Assembly (NCBI GenBank): GCA_008632985.1
Contig: QPGO01000014.1
Location: forward strand, 634,289 to 698,288
Source: Psammoneis japonica
Lineage: Eukaryota
DNA length: 64,000 bases
Direction: 5' to 3'
The translations under genes were made by a program, and so were the position numbers. Within the stretch, counting starts at the first letter, position 1. Each line of letters starts with the position of its first letter. Under the pieces are notes generated by a model that had not been told where the DNA came from, did no database searches, and worked only from the letters and a program-made list of their open reading frames with translations. Positions 35,566-48,281 of the stretch are shown piece after piece.

Positions 35566-38169
35566 CTATTTACTGCGTTTCTCATTTTCAAAGAAACGCA
35601 TTAATATTGGTGCAATTTGCTTACGGCTTGATTGTACGTTGCGCTGATTAAAAAGACGCATTTGAATCCCTTCTCGGGATAGCACACGCTCCCGTACCTC
35701 CTCCAAGCCCAACTTGCCTTCGTTTTGATCCGGCCGAAGCAAGAATGCAGCAACGTCGTCCAAGGAAATCGCGTTAGTTGAACAAATTGCTAGCTGGCGG
35801 TAGAGTCGGCCATCCGTGCCAATGAATGCAAACATAACACCGAGAAAAGAAACATCTTCTTCGTTCATGAAGCGACGAATACCAGGAATGAGTGCTGACT
35901 TGGACAGAAAAGCATTCATTGGCATTAGCACCGTTGATACGCCTAGATAGTGCTTGTCTTTGTCGTAAGAGAATGCTTTGTAGTCCAGCCGAAGAGCATC
36001 CCGTACTGACAATGAGTCCCAGAAATCAGCATCGTACTTCGCATTCTGCAGAATCTCGAACACAACTGATGGGTCAGGTGAAGTGGCCGATTCAGTCATC
36101 TGAAGCAACAACTTTGACTTTGAGGGTAGCTCATTCCATTGGGTGTGTTGTACGAGGTCTGCCACCGCATCTCTATCTCTCTGAGTTACTTTTCCAACCC
36201 GTTCTGATAGATTCACGGAATCCAGCAGGATGACACCCAACAGGATCAACCCAATCGATGCTGGGTAAAGTGAGGTGAAGTCCTCCTTCAATCGTTCAGC
36301 GACAAGCGTGCAGGCACTTGCAACCAATGGTCCCTTTCCACCCTCAAACGCGATATTCCGCTCTTTGCCATAACAAGTCTTGGAATATCGTCCTCGATCT
36401 TCGTGGTGATCGACTATCTCAACGACTCTCCAATCCTTATGCTGAAATGCTTCTTCCAGCTCATTGTGGTCAACTAGTGTGACATCGATATGAAATGCAT
36501 CATCCTTGACCAGCGGGTCATCGACACAAAGAAGTATGTCCGATGGGTGCAAAATGCCTGCCATCTTGAGCAGTCGTGTCGTTTCCGGTCTCTGTGTCTT
36601 TAAATCAGTCTTAGGGATAGCAACGACAGGAGTTTTGTCCCGTCCTTCCTGAACTGATTCAATGTATGCAAGTGCAATGGCACTGATGATCGTATCTGCA
36701 TCACCGGCTTCGTTACCAATGACAAGATGACGCGTAGGATGAACTTTCCGATTTTGAAGGAACTCAAATAGAGGAAGAACTTTGCCACCTCGTGCTCTTC
36801 GCCAAGTACTGCCTTTGGTACTGCGAGTTTCTCTAGAGGATGACACAGCTTCAACGACACGCGGTTCCTCGACACGTTCAAGAAATCGTAGAGTGCCATC
36901 GAAATCAACATCCTCTACCCACAACTTAAAGTCAGCCCATGCGTCTTGTATCTTTTGTGCCAATCTCTCTTGTTCAAGGCGATATTCATCATCTTCGACA
37001 TAGATTGAGAAAGCCGTCCAGTCGTCATTGATATCCCCTAGTAGCTTACGAGCTTCTCTGACGACAACCATTGCAGCGGTGATGTTTTCGGAAGGGCAAC
37101 AATCTAGCGATGGAGGGAACATAATAAACTGGAGCAACTCAAATTCATCAGACACACTCCTGAGTTCCTTTCGCAGATTGTGATAAATGGAATGGGCGTT
37201 CTCCTCCAAAATAAAGTCGTAGGACAGTGCCTCGTGCAAGTAATACAGGGCATTGCGCAGCTGCTTCGACCCGAGTCTCTGAAGGCTGTAAGTTGCAGGA
37301 TCCTTGCCTCTCGGCATGGAAACGTCCTGCCAGAAAAGGTGCGACTCTTTGTGATGGAAACGTTCTAGACTCGGTGAGGCCAAGTACTCAGGAATCTCTG
37401 GATGCTCAAGTCGAAACTGTTGAAACTCCAAGACCCATTCAAGCATAACATCACGCGTTCCTTCCATTCGTTCCTGTGAATATTGAACATGAGAATTGTG
37501 CAAATCTTGGAACTCTCCCACTGTCATGTACATGTGGCTAAGAAAATAGTAGGTGAGAAAGCTTGGCGTCGCAAAGCAACTAGTTTGCTTTCTGCACGAC
37601 GATGCGGTGTTTGCTCACCTTGCATAATGTCGAATCCGTTCCCACAAATCTCTATGGTGCTTTGTCATGCCCACAGCGCGGTTGGGGTACGTCGGACTAA
37701 ACACATCAAGCAAATCCCTTGTTTTCAAAATAACCTTGCGGGCTGCATAAACTTCGTGTGGCAAGACAGTCGGCGTGAAGACTACCATTTGTGAGACCAT
37801 CTGCTCGTAAAACGCAGGTACCATTTGACTAGCCAAATCCATTAACGTAGTGGAAGAATTGACCAGCATTGGAGCAACGAAAGTTTCTGACATTGCGAGA
37901 CTTGGGAAAGACGGGGCACTTTTCGTTGTTGGAAAATACACTCTCGTAAGTGCAGCGGCTGACGCCAAAGCTACCAGCATGAAAAGGACTGCACGACGAT
38001 GATGCATCGCGCGAGAATGTTGCGATGTCGCCACGCTAAATTGTCTGTTGTCGATCATTTCGTGATTTCTCGAATGCTCCGACACGGTCACAGACTCGTA
38101 GCAAGCATAGGATTTACCGACAGTTTCTGGATGCTTCTTCAAGAGAAGGGTACTAGTCTCGTTCATCAT
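35566..38169 (-). CDS. Membrane-anchored CHAD domain fused to DHH/DHHA2 exopolyphosphatase (PPX1/PRUNE-like), 2 exons
   Basis: Intron 37538-37618 (GT..AG) joins the frames. DHH motifs GNEAGDADT, LVDHN, IVDHH, DYK, SRKQIAP. CHAD-like motifs HEVYAARK..LKTRDLL..F, VGEFQDL, YHNLRKELR, LLGDINDD. TM segment AVLFMLVALASAAAL. Confidence 0.8.
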
Positions 38170-38299
38170 AATATTCGCGTTATATGGTCTAGGGATGCAC
38201 TGCCACTCTATACTCTGTAGATAGTGTCGTGCAGATGAGGTCGAAAGGTTCCTCAATAAATCAAGAGCAATGCTATACAGGTACTAGCTAGCTAGTCAT

Positions 38300-39900
38300 G
38301 ATGTTGCTTGCCTTCCCGTGGGCTCTCAAATCGCCGCCGCATGGCCGGCCGATGATGGCGTGCGGCGTTCGTTTGACACCGCCCTGTCTGTCGCCCGACG
38401 ATCAAGACCCTCCTGACCAGGGCGGGTCCTTCATGTGTGATTGTGACTAAGTCCCTGGTCACCTCAATTGAGGTCCTTGGTGGACTAGAAACAGAATTTT
38501 TTAAGGCGGCAAAAGACATTTTTGTGAGGGCAGCATTCGAATGGCTGAATTCTCCACACTCTAAAAGACACAGATTGCCGTGTGTGTTGCATTTTTTGTG
38601 AGTGCAGAGTTTTTTGCACTCAAACCGGTGGGAGTTAAACAACCATTTGATGGCTCTGGTGGAACAGCCACACAGAACCTGCAATCCTCAATTGAGGAAG
38701 AATCTGGGCAGACCAGACACTGGAACTGAGAGCTGGAGAGCAGGGCCTGCACACAGTGGCTGTGGTGCACAGAGCGCCCACATGATTGGGGCCACTCGTG
38801 TGTCTGCGGACTGTCGAAACAGTTGAGAAATTTGGCATGATTCCGAAGTTGGATTCAACAACAACAAACACAAAGGTTGGCACAATCTACAGTTTTTTTA
38901 TTCACAAAGTCAACAAAAGTCAATCTCCTTGCACCTCAATCACTCGCATTTGCTGCCGACATTTCGCCACCGACGCCACAGCTCGTCATGTCCTTTGCTG
39001 CCCCAGCTGCCATCCCTTCTTGGCCATGCCTCCTGTGTCTCTGCCAGCAAAGTCATCCAAAGAAATGCCACAATGGCAGCAACATGCCACCTCCAAGTTA
39101 CATCAATGGATCCTTCATTTTTCTTCCCTTGGAGTGCCTTGGCAGGGATCTCAGTTTCTTCACTGTTGTTGGGTGGTGATGGGGTCATTTGAGGAAGCGC
39201 ACGTCACAGAGCAGCAAGCAGCTTGGGTCAATTGAGTTGCTTGTCCCCATTGTCTGGAGCTTCTGGCAGTCATCTCAAGCAAAGCTTCCAATGCACATGA
39301 GCCTGCCCCTGTTGCCAATGACATTGCTCATCATGCTGTGCGCTTTTGACCCCCTGAGTCCCCTTTTAGATGTCTCAGCATGGTTGCTGACCTTGGCCAC
39401 TGCCATGGGCAGCAAATGCACTCAATGCAAGAGGCATGCCTTGGGGATGAGCCACATGTTTCTTGGGTTCATGGGGGAAAGATTTGGGGGGAAGGTGGCT
39501 TGTTTGGCTCATGCCTGAAGAAAATTGCAGCTGGCCTCGGACCTGTCATCATTGTCATCTTGAACAGTTGATTGATGATGCTGCATGCCAAGTGCAGCAA
39601 TCAATGACTCCTGCACACCACAGTTGGCTCTCGTTTCCTTGGGCACTCAAGCTTTTGATTCTCACCTGGTCTTGTCTCATGGTGTACAACAACTGGGTCA
39701 TCTACAAACTAAACAACACACATCTTCACAGAAGCATCGTCGCCTGGAACGGCTTTCTTATATAACATTTCTGTTTTTTCCAGAGCAATCCAGTCGTCAC
39801 CAAATGCTGCACGACAGAGACTCAGCACGACCCAGAATGGGGAAGCTTCATCACTGAGAAGAGAAGCGATTGTTTGATCCTTGCAGTTTCTGAACGAAAC
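38300..39900. mobile_element. Unclassified repeat-derived relic
   Basis: Intergenic block with TpA depletion and TG/CA excess like the recognisable transposons; no identifiable domain. Confidence 0.45.
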
Positions 39901-40303
39901 GGCATTTTGTGAGACTAGACTGTTCAGGGTTGCAAAGGTCTTACCAGGTGGTCATGGCCAAAGCTGGAAGCGCGATTGTTATTTTTAGGGTTGTACCAAC
40001 GCGCATCCGAGTGTTGAAGTTGTGCCAACCGAAATCGCCAAAGCGTTGCGAAAATGCAAACAGCCACGGCGTTGAATACATGAGTTGACGTGTAACGCTT
40101 CCTTATGTTTTATGCAAGAAAACAGAAACGCCGAACCCGAATCAATGCAATTGTAGTCACCTGTGATACAGCCTGCTCCCGCCATCTTATTATGACATTT
40201 AGTACCAAGTAACATATCACGACGTATACTCATTGAATGGGAATTTATCAAAGCGCGCATGCAATCTTGCGGCTTTCCTGCTATCGTCAGGAGCAAAAAG
40301 GCT

Positions 40304-43300
40304 TTACGTCCATGAACAAACTTTTCTCCATTCTTCCCAGATTCTTGAAGCAGACGGTTTTGATTGAGTATAACCGAGTGGCTGCTCTTGACCTTCACTT
40401 TCCGCAACAGGTTCGGTATCGTCAGAGAAAATTAGCCTTCCAATCTCCGAAGCGAGCAAGCGATCGACCAAGCCGGCCCTTTCGCCGTCTTCCTTTGCGT
40501 CGGCCAAAATGTCAAACGGCTCTCCGTTCTCTCGACAGAGACGTTCTGACACTAGACGATGCATCAACCGCAGCAAAAAGGAAACGAGAAAGGAGTTAAG
40601 AACAACTCCTGCAGTAAGCACCCATGCTTCCGCTCCAACAGATGAGTTGACGGAGAAGCAAGTGTCATGCCCGCCGAGTTCCTTGTCAAAATTATCGGCA
40701 AGCACTTGATTGATTAAGTCACACTTGTTTCCAACCATGAAATCCGCAAAGGTAGAAATCTCTAAAAGCGCCGCAATTATTGAAATCACAAACACTTCAA
40801 CTGCACTCCATGCATTAGTAATTTCGGCTGCAGCAAGTAACAAATGCTGCGTCTTCAAAGTCATGGGACAGCAGAAGAGAATCAAGAGCAGTCCCAAGCA
40901 AGCGATTGGCATAATGAGAGCATAGAACAGATATGCCACTTCAATCATGATGATGCCAAGCGACGAGGGATCTTGTGAGCTCAGTCTTATCGCTGATCCG
41001 AGGGAAAGCATTGAGTACCGCCGCACGCGATTGTAACCGAGTGCAACACCAGCCAAACCGCCAAACTCAAAATTGAAGCATTCTTTGGTCGCACCAACTG
41101 CCAAGAGAGCAATGGCGACCAATAGAGTGCAAACTACAAAAACTCGAAAAGGAACGGATACCCGTCTGAGTCGCCCGTTTACTTTGTCGACAAACTCGTG
41201 CGTACAGAGTGATTCTCTCCGTTCAGATGATGGAAGGGTGCCAATGGATGCCTTGCGGTGGAAAAACAACATTACATGACCAATTACCAGCGACGAGCAA
41301 GTTGCCAGTAAGAACCCGAAAAAGCCCAGACCCGGCGTAACAAAGACATCAATGACAACATCATCGGCAATATCCAGGTGAAAGCGAAAGGCCACCACCA
41401 TCAATACCAAAACATATGTATCGACGAGAGAAAACTTTCCAAGGGCGTCGAGAGCAAGCAGGAGCTGCTCTCGTTTTTCTTTGGATAACCAGCTTCGTGG
41501 AGCACACCACGAAAAAAGCATGAGCTTGAGCTTGATGTATGGCCACATGCCGGAGAAACCAAGCACCAGGAAGAGGAGCGCCCAGATACGAGCATGGTAA
41601 AACTCCCTAACCGTATTGCCCAGGCTGAACTCAAACAATGACGGTAGCGAGACTGGATCCGAGTTTCGGAGTGATAGCTGCATGTCGACGGAAGCTCCAA
41701 TACTCATATTGCTCGCCAAGAGTAACCATATGGTAACGACTGTGGCAATGGGCAAAAGATGCCGGACATATGAAGGAATCGAAGCATCTGATACGAGTGC
41801 AAGCGATGTAGAGCCGCCGCCGGCGAAGCTTTCCCTGTCATCCATAATCTCCAGTTCGTAAACTTCTCGAGTATTCGAATCGCTTTGCGTCGGTAGCAGA
41901 GGCTCAGAAAGTTCACTTCTTTGCAACGAGAAAAAAATCGACACTTGTAAGTAACATACGAACAGAATGCAAAACAAAAAATAATGTTCTGATTGAAACT
42001 TACTCATCGGCAAGTCGTCCTTCCGGATCATTCCATTTCAGACGCAGGGCAACAGATACTTGCGCAACAACAAAGGCTAAAGCGATAAATATTAAATTCC
42101 ACCGCCACAAAAGCTTCTCCTCACTGTAGATTTCATGCGAGTCGTCACCATTGTCAATTCTATTGTTTGGAACATTGTCGCCCGCACAAAGTTGAGAGGA
42201 TGTCTCGAGTAAGATTCCAGAAAGCTCATTTATTACGTCTTGAACTGATTGAACGGACCACGACAGCAAAGGGGAGACAAACTTGAAAATATCATTCTTT
42301 TTGGAGAAATCAAGGTCGAAATGAATCGGATCAAATGTATTCGATTCCAAGGATGAACTCATGTTGAGGTTGAGAAATCCAAAGTCCAACGAGAATCCGT
42401 ACAAGTCCATCTCCGACACTGGAACAGCCGAGCATTGCTCGCGAGTCAAGAGCTGCGCAATTGTTAGAGTGCCAGCCTTTGCCATGTCGTAGTAGAGCTT
42501 GATGCCTCCGTTGAGCGCAATGTCACCAATGCTGACAGTGGCGTTGAAATGGCCCGACAGGTTCATTCTTGGGTACGAAAAATCGATGGATATAGATGCT
42601 CTGGGAGCATGTGGACACGTGGTGCTATTGTTGGTGTTCGTACAAGTACCTACACTGAGGCTATTGAAAATGGCGCGACCGTCATTGCTTGGATCAAGAA
42701 CGTCTAATGTAGTGGGCAAGTACAAGTAATGTTGGTGAGACAGTACGCGTCAATAACAATCATAGATCAACAGAGATGAATCAAGAGGGTGTGACACTCT
42801 TACCAAGTTCCTTTAGACTGCCAAAATTTTCAAACTTAAGGTCGCGAATCTTGGTTGCAACCCCATCCGTTCCACCAAACTGAACTGGCACACTGGGGGA
42901 CAAGCAATGATTGACGTAATTGGAGACGCAATTAATGTACGCATTGATGGCTTGAAGAGTTGAATTCCTTTGAAGAAGACGATTCAAGGTAGGGAGTAGA
43001 TTTCCTTGCCGAAAGTCAAAGTAGTCCGGGACGGTAGAGTTTGCTGGTTGGTCCGAGCAGCTGCCTGGATTAGACGCATTGTTGAGAGGAAGGCTGCTCT
43101 TCCAGTCGGCAAAGTAATTGTTGATCTTTTTCTTCACTGGTCCATTGATGAGACCTGCGGCAAAGTCGTTGAGAAGTAGGCCGTACTCCGCCGTGTAGAG
43201 CGACAGCACATGGTTGACGAGCTTGTCTACATCGCCCTCGAGTGAATCATTGCCCGAAAGTATAGATGATTCCACTCTTGACATGTTGAGGGCTGGCATG

Positions 43301-44903
43301 ATCTCCAAACTCGACAGGTTTACCTCTGCCAAAATGTTGGACAAGGCCATAGTTTCAAGAGGCTTCAACAGACAGTCCAAACCAGAGTAGTTGTAATCTT
43401 GCACAGCAGAAGTAATGGACGACTTGACGTCTTGTACCGTCATGTCCATGAATAGAGTGCGGTTAATGTCTGCAACTACATTTCCAACAAGAGACACTGA
43501 CGACGAGTTGACCTTGACGACTAAGTCTTCTCGCAAGGGATCACCACGAAACATTCCTCCATCAATCGACTTGACGGTAATGCTGACGTTTGCCTCCACG
43601 TTGAATCCCTCATCTGAAATTACAGTAGATACCAAGTCTTGGGGGGCCACATTTCTCATCAACTCGACTTTGGACAGTGTATCGAGTCTTCCCAATTGGA
43701 TTTCGCCAATCACAATGGTAACTTCTCCATACTTTGGAATCACAATGGTGAAATTCTTCAAATGGTGTAGAAAATCCGGAATTTGAAAACGCACCGACCC
43801 CCTCGTCAAGGAATGAATGACTCCATTGATGCCATGAAAAAAAAATCCACAGTCTGGACAGTCAATAGTCGTGCTGTTGTTGGCATTTCCATAACGGTCC
43901 AGCAAATCCAGCGCCAGACCCTTGTTAAGGTACCGATTGAGGACGACTTGATTGAGTACGTCCGACGCCCACGTTAGCAACGGAGTGTCTCGAGCAAAAT
44001 CAACAAGATCACTTGAAGCTGAAACAACCGCGAGTTGTGTTTGATTTTCCGGAATAAGGCTCGTCATGTAATCATTGGCCTTTCGAATGGCTTTCGTCAA
44101 GAGCGGATCGACTTTGTCTTGTAGCAGCGGACATAGCTGCTTTCCAAGTGTCGACGAAATGTACTTGGCCAGAGGTTGAGAAAACAAATCAATGAGTTTT
44201 GCAGAGATGCTTCCCGAAAAGTGAATACCGCCATGGGACGGGACCTCGAGACCCGACATGGTACACGCAGACGTCTTGATGGCGGTCGCCATGCGTATAT
44301 TATTTGTGTTGCTGTTGTTCCAATTGCTAGAAACAAACTCCATGGCAACCTTCATATTCTTGTCTCCATCATCCTTTTGAATAACAGATGCTCGGACCGT
44401 CCCACTCATGCCTGTCGACTTGTACTTGCCCTTGCAGGTGGCCGACACGCCCGACAAGTCAACCGATACGAGCGGATTGGAAGTATGATTGGAAGGAGTG
44501 TAGTTCGAGCCCATGGAGCCTAACGTCACATTGGTACAAACCATATCACGAATTGACTAAAAAATAGGAAAAAGTAGAATTAGAAGTATGCGTCAGACCA
44601 AAGCATACTTTTTGCTGTAATCAATGCTTTCTGAGAAAAGCTCAACAACACTCAACGTACCACGGAAAATATTCCTTTTTTAATTTCTTCGTCAGGAATA
44701 TCAATCGATAAGCGATACAACCAACATGCCAATGCATCGTATCGACTACTGTGATGATCACAATCCGGAGCTTTATCATCGTCATCAAAATACCGTACTG
44801 GATGCAGCAAAGATGATTCGGCAGAAACAAAAGCTTGGTACGAAAACACCAAACATGAAACGACCAAAAGACGGATTCTTGATAAACAATGACTTCTTGT
44901 CAT
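40304..44903 (-). CDS. Large multi-pass membrane protein: signal peptide, long lumenal N-terminal region, two C-terminal PqiA-like domains; 4 exons
   Basis: Introns 44557-44660, 42704-42803 and 41919-42003 (GT..AG) keep the frame. PqiA-like FSGMWPYIKL...ALGKFSLVDTYV and a second copy AWSAVEVFVISI. Many NxS/T sites in the N-terminal part. Confidence 0.8.
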
Positions 44904-45329
44904 CTTTGCACAATGGTGTCAGAGTGTAAACGAGAGCAATTACAATAAGAACAGCGGCACGACTTGAGAAAACGCAACGTGTTACTTTCGCATCATTGTG
45001 CGATGAAAAAATACCGTAATACGGTAGAGCGAGGCATGAGGGCGGATGAAGGCGGAAATCGGCGGATGCATTGAATACCTCCAGTCGCTAATAAAAAGTA
45101 TGCTGGCATTTTCCTTTCACGGACGACGCACGCACATCATGGTGTCACTCATCTGCTTGCCTGTCCGTCTTTTATCTTGGAAGTTGGAGCTGACGTTGCC
45201 CGAGATAAGGCACTTTGCGCACCGAACATTTTCAATTTGTGTTTACACCTCCAATTCATTCCATCTCTTTGTCTTGGCTATGCGCTATGTGGTTGCAATC
45301 TTTTGGAAGTTTGGAAGAGAGAATCTGAG

Positions 45330-48090
45330 ATGACATCACACGCAAAGAAGCTGGTGTGGGTTGCAAACAACAAAGCAGCCCCACTGAACAATTTTGGGGT
45401 GTCGGAGCTGCGATGGCAAGAAAGGATGCTGCTCAACATGATTTTAGCAGGAGGCTTTGACAGCATGTTCTAAAGTCAAAGTTTGGAGAGATCAGATGCT
45501 GGTGCTGGTGGTGCAACATTGAATGATACTGGCTTTTGTGCTGCAAGTCAGCAGCGCTCCTCTGCAGCCATGATGCTGGCAACAAAGAGCCCAATTCTCC
45601 CATCAAGAATGGCTCAACAAAAGACAAAAAATGGCAATTGTTCAGGGACAATCTTGTGTGGGAAATCAAGACTCGCAGATGAGTTGTTGGTGCAAATGTG
45701 AGCCCTGCAAAAGAAACAACAAACATTTTCTTTGTTTTGCTCTGGAAACACTTTCAAAAACAGCTCCATGTGCCACAGAGCCCCTTTTTTGGCATTGGCA
45801 CTGGTGCTGTCACAAACTCAAAGAAACATGTTTTTGCAGGAAAAAACAAGAGCACCTGAGCTGCTGCTGCAGCAGCAGAAGCGCACCTGTTTTTCTTGGC
45901 GAGAGAGTTGCCCTGGCTCTTGTTGGAACAATCACAAATGGCAGCATCACAACAGCTGGGGCAAATGACCAAAGCAGCAATGGAGGGACCAAGTCCTCCT
46001 TTTAAGAACACAGTGATGGGGCTTTAAACCAGGTCAAGCATTCTTTCCTCAGGGCTTTTGCATGAGCTGCTTGGCAGCTGAGGCTTGAAAGGAGGGCGCC
46101 CCCATTTGTTCTTTTTCTTGATCTTCAAAGGGGGTGGGGGCATTCTTCCATCCCTCAATGTCATGTGTGTCAAGTCACTGCCACATTGTGCATCCATGCT
46201 GGAAAGCCCACAGTGAGACCTTGCAGCAACCTGTGGTGCTGCACCACCACAGTGCAGTGCTGTGCTCTGGCTCTGGCACCAAGACAGGAAGAGCATGCAG
46301 CTCAGAGGGCACACGGCTCAACACTTGGGCACTTCCAGAAGAGGGGGCACTGGAGAGCACCACATGCAGTGCACAACTCATGACATTGCTGGCTGATGCC
46401 CCCCAACACAGGCATGACACAGTGCAGCAATGCCCACAAGTGAATGAGCATGAACATTGCTGCCTGGGGTCAGAGAAATGCAGGGCAATTTTGATGCAAT
46501 CCATGATGTGAACAAAAGAGATTTTTTGCATGATTTCCCTGTTTGTGTGACTCCAGCTGCAAACTGGTCTCACAATTTTCACAGCAGTGCTTTTGCAACC
46601 TGTCTGTTTTTTGCAACCTGTCGGTGCACAGGGCACTGCTTGTGTCAGAGGCACTGCTTGTGACAGACTCACAAGCAGATGTTTTTCTGTTCAATGGATG
46701 AGCCTGTCAGGACAACGAAGTTGCAAATGACACCAATCTGCTGTGTCTCTCTTCACATGCATTCTGTGCAAAAAAGTGGATGGGTGCTGCTCTTGCCAAA
46801 CTTGGAAGCCCAGCTTTCAATGCAACCAACTCATTGCTGGCAGCAGGATCTGACTGACATGAACACCAGGGACAAGACTGTGCCATCAGCCAAGCTGTCT
46901 TCTCTTTGGCTCTCTGTTTTGCTGACACCAACCCATGAGATGATGCATCGATGCCTGTGATTGCCACTTGCCACCCAGCCATCTGGTGCTGATGACACAT
47001 GTTGGCCAAAGCACAACATGTGCTTGCTGCCATGCATGACAAGTTGTGCAGTCTCCTTTGTTGCTGATGGCAGCAAATGTGGACAACCCAGTGCCACTTC
47101 TGACAGTCTGACAATTGAGGTCAGGAGGAATGCCCCCTGTGAGGCCCCAATTCTCCCTTGCCCAGCACCTCCCTTGCACCTGTGAGCTGCTCCATGATGG
47201 GTGGCACTCCTCCCCACCCTGCCAGATGAGGGGCATGACTGCTCACAGTGCAAAAGGCTTGTTTTGTCACTGCTGCTGGGGACACAGGTTGACTGGCTTT
47301 AGAACAAGCTGTGCTCCAGTGGAAAGTGTCAATGTCGCCGATGTTTTTGCCATCCATCACATGTTGAAACTTGACCAGTTCATCCATGATGATGTCATGC
47401 CCCCCCCCCCCCCCCCCCACATCACAGGGGCTGTCAAATTGGCCAATCAAACAACAACAACAACAGCAACAACAAAACAACAACACAGCTCCTCCTCCTG
47501 GGTGCCGGCCACATCTGTTTTGTCATTTTGCGTGCACCTCTCTCAAAACATGACACATTTCTGAAAGCTCTAAAAAAAGATCAAACCACATGTCAAGGCT
47601 GTGCAATCAACCATGTCAAGCTGTGTTTTGCTGTGTCATGTCAAGACCTGTTGTGAAATGAACAACGCTGCTGGCTGAAGTCTGCTGGCAGCAAGGCTGA
47701 GGACAACACCAGAAAAGGAAAAGTTGCGCTTCTTGTTTTGTCTGAGGGCACAAGAGCACAACTTCTTGAGTGATCTTGCTGGTGCTGGCAGTGCTCACAA
47801 AAACATCCAAAGCCATGTGCCAAAGGACATGTCAAAGCCCAAACTGAGGAGATCTGCGTGTCCTCTTTGCTGGCTCAGAGCTTGGAGTCAACAAAGCATG
47901 TGTGACTCCTGTGCAGAGATGTGTGTGGATGATCATCATTGTCACATTGTGTCATGTGCCACGATCTAGATCCAGCTCCAAAGACACATGGGATTCACAA
48001 ACAAAGCCCTTTGCTGGACCATCAATGACTGTCCGAAATCCTGTGGACAGATGGAAAATTTCCGTTGTTTTGTTCAAGCGATGGTCACAC
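45330..48090 (-). pseudogene. TpA/CpG-depleted relic containing leucine-rich-repeat gene remnants
   Basis: Fragments HLAGWGGVPPIMEQLTGAREVL and ENWGLTGGIPPDL resemble the LxGxIPxxlxxLtxLxxL consensus. Poly-C (47400-47418) and (CAA)n (~47447-47483) tracts. Confidence 0.4.
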
Positions 48091-48281
48091 CACCAGGACG
48101 ACGGCAGACGATAGACGTTCAATTTCTGAGACGTCATCTTATTGCCCTTGAGAAGCTGGCCGGATCTCAAAAGATCTTTCGCGAGATCTTCGAATTCGAG
48201 AAAGATTCGTCGTTCGTCGTGTTCTACAGTAGGTGTTGATTGTCATTGTTGTTGTTGCTGTTGCTACAATACAAGAGCAGT

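Noticed and set aside
38284..38295. tagctagctag motif here and at ~56475-56485 as a shared element terminus
   Set aside because: Short (CTAG)n simple repeat with no further similarity between the two flanks that I could see.
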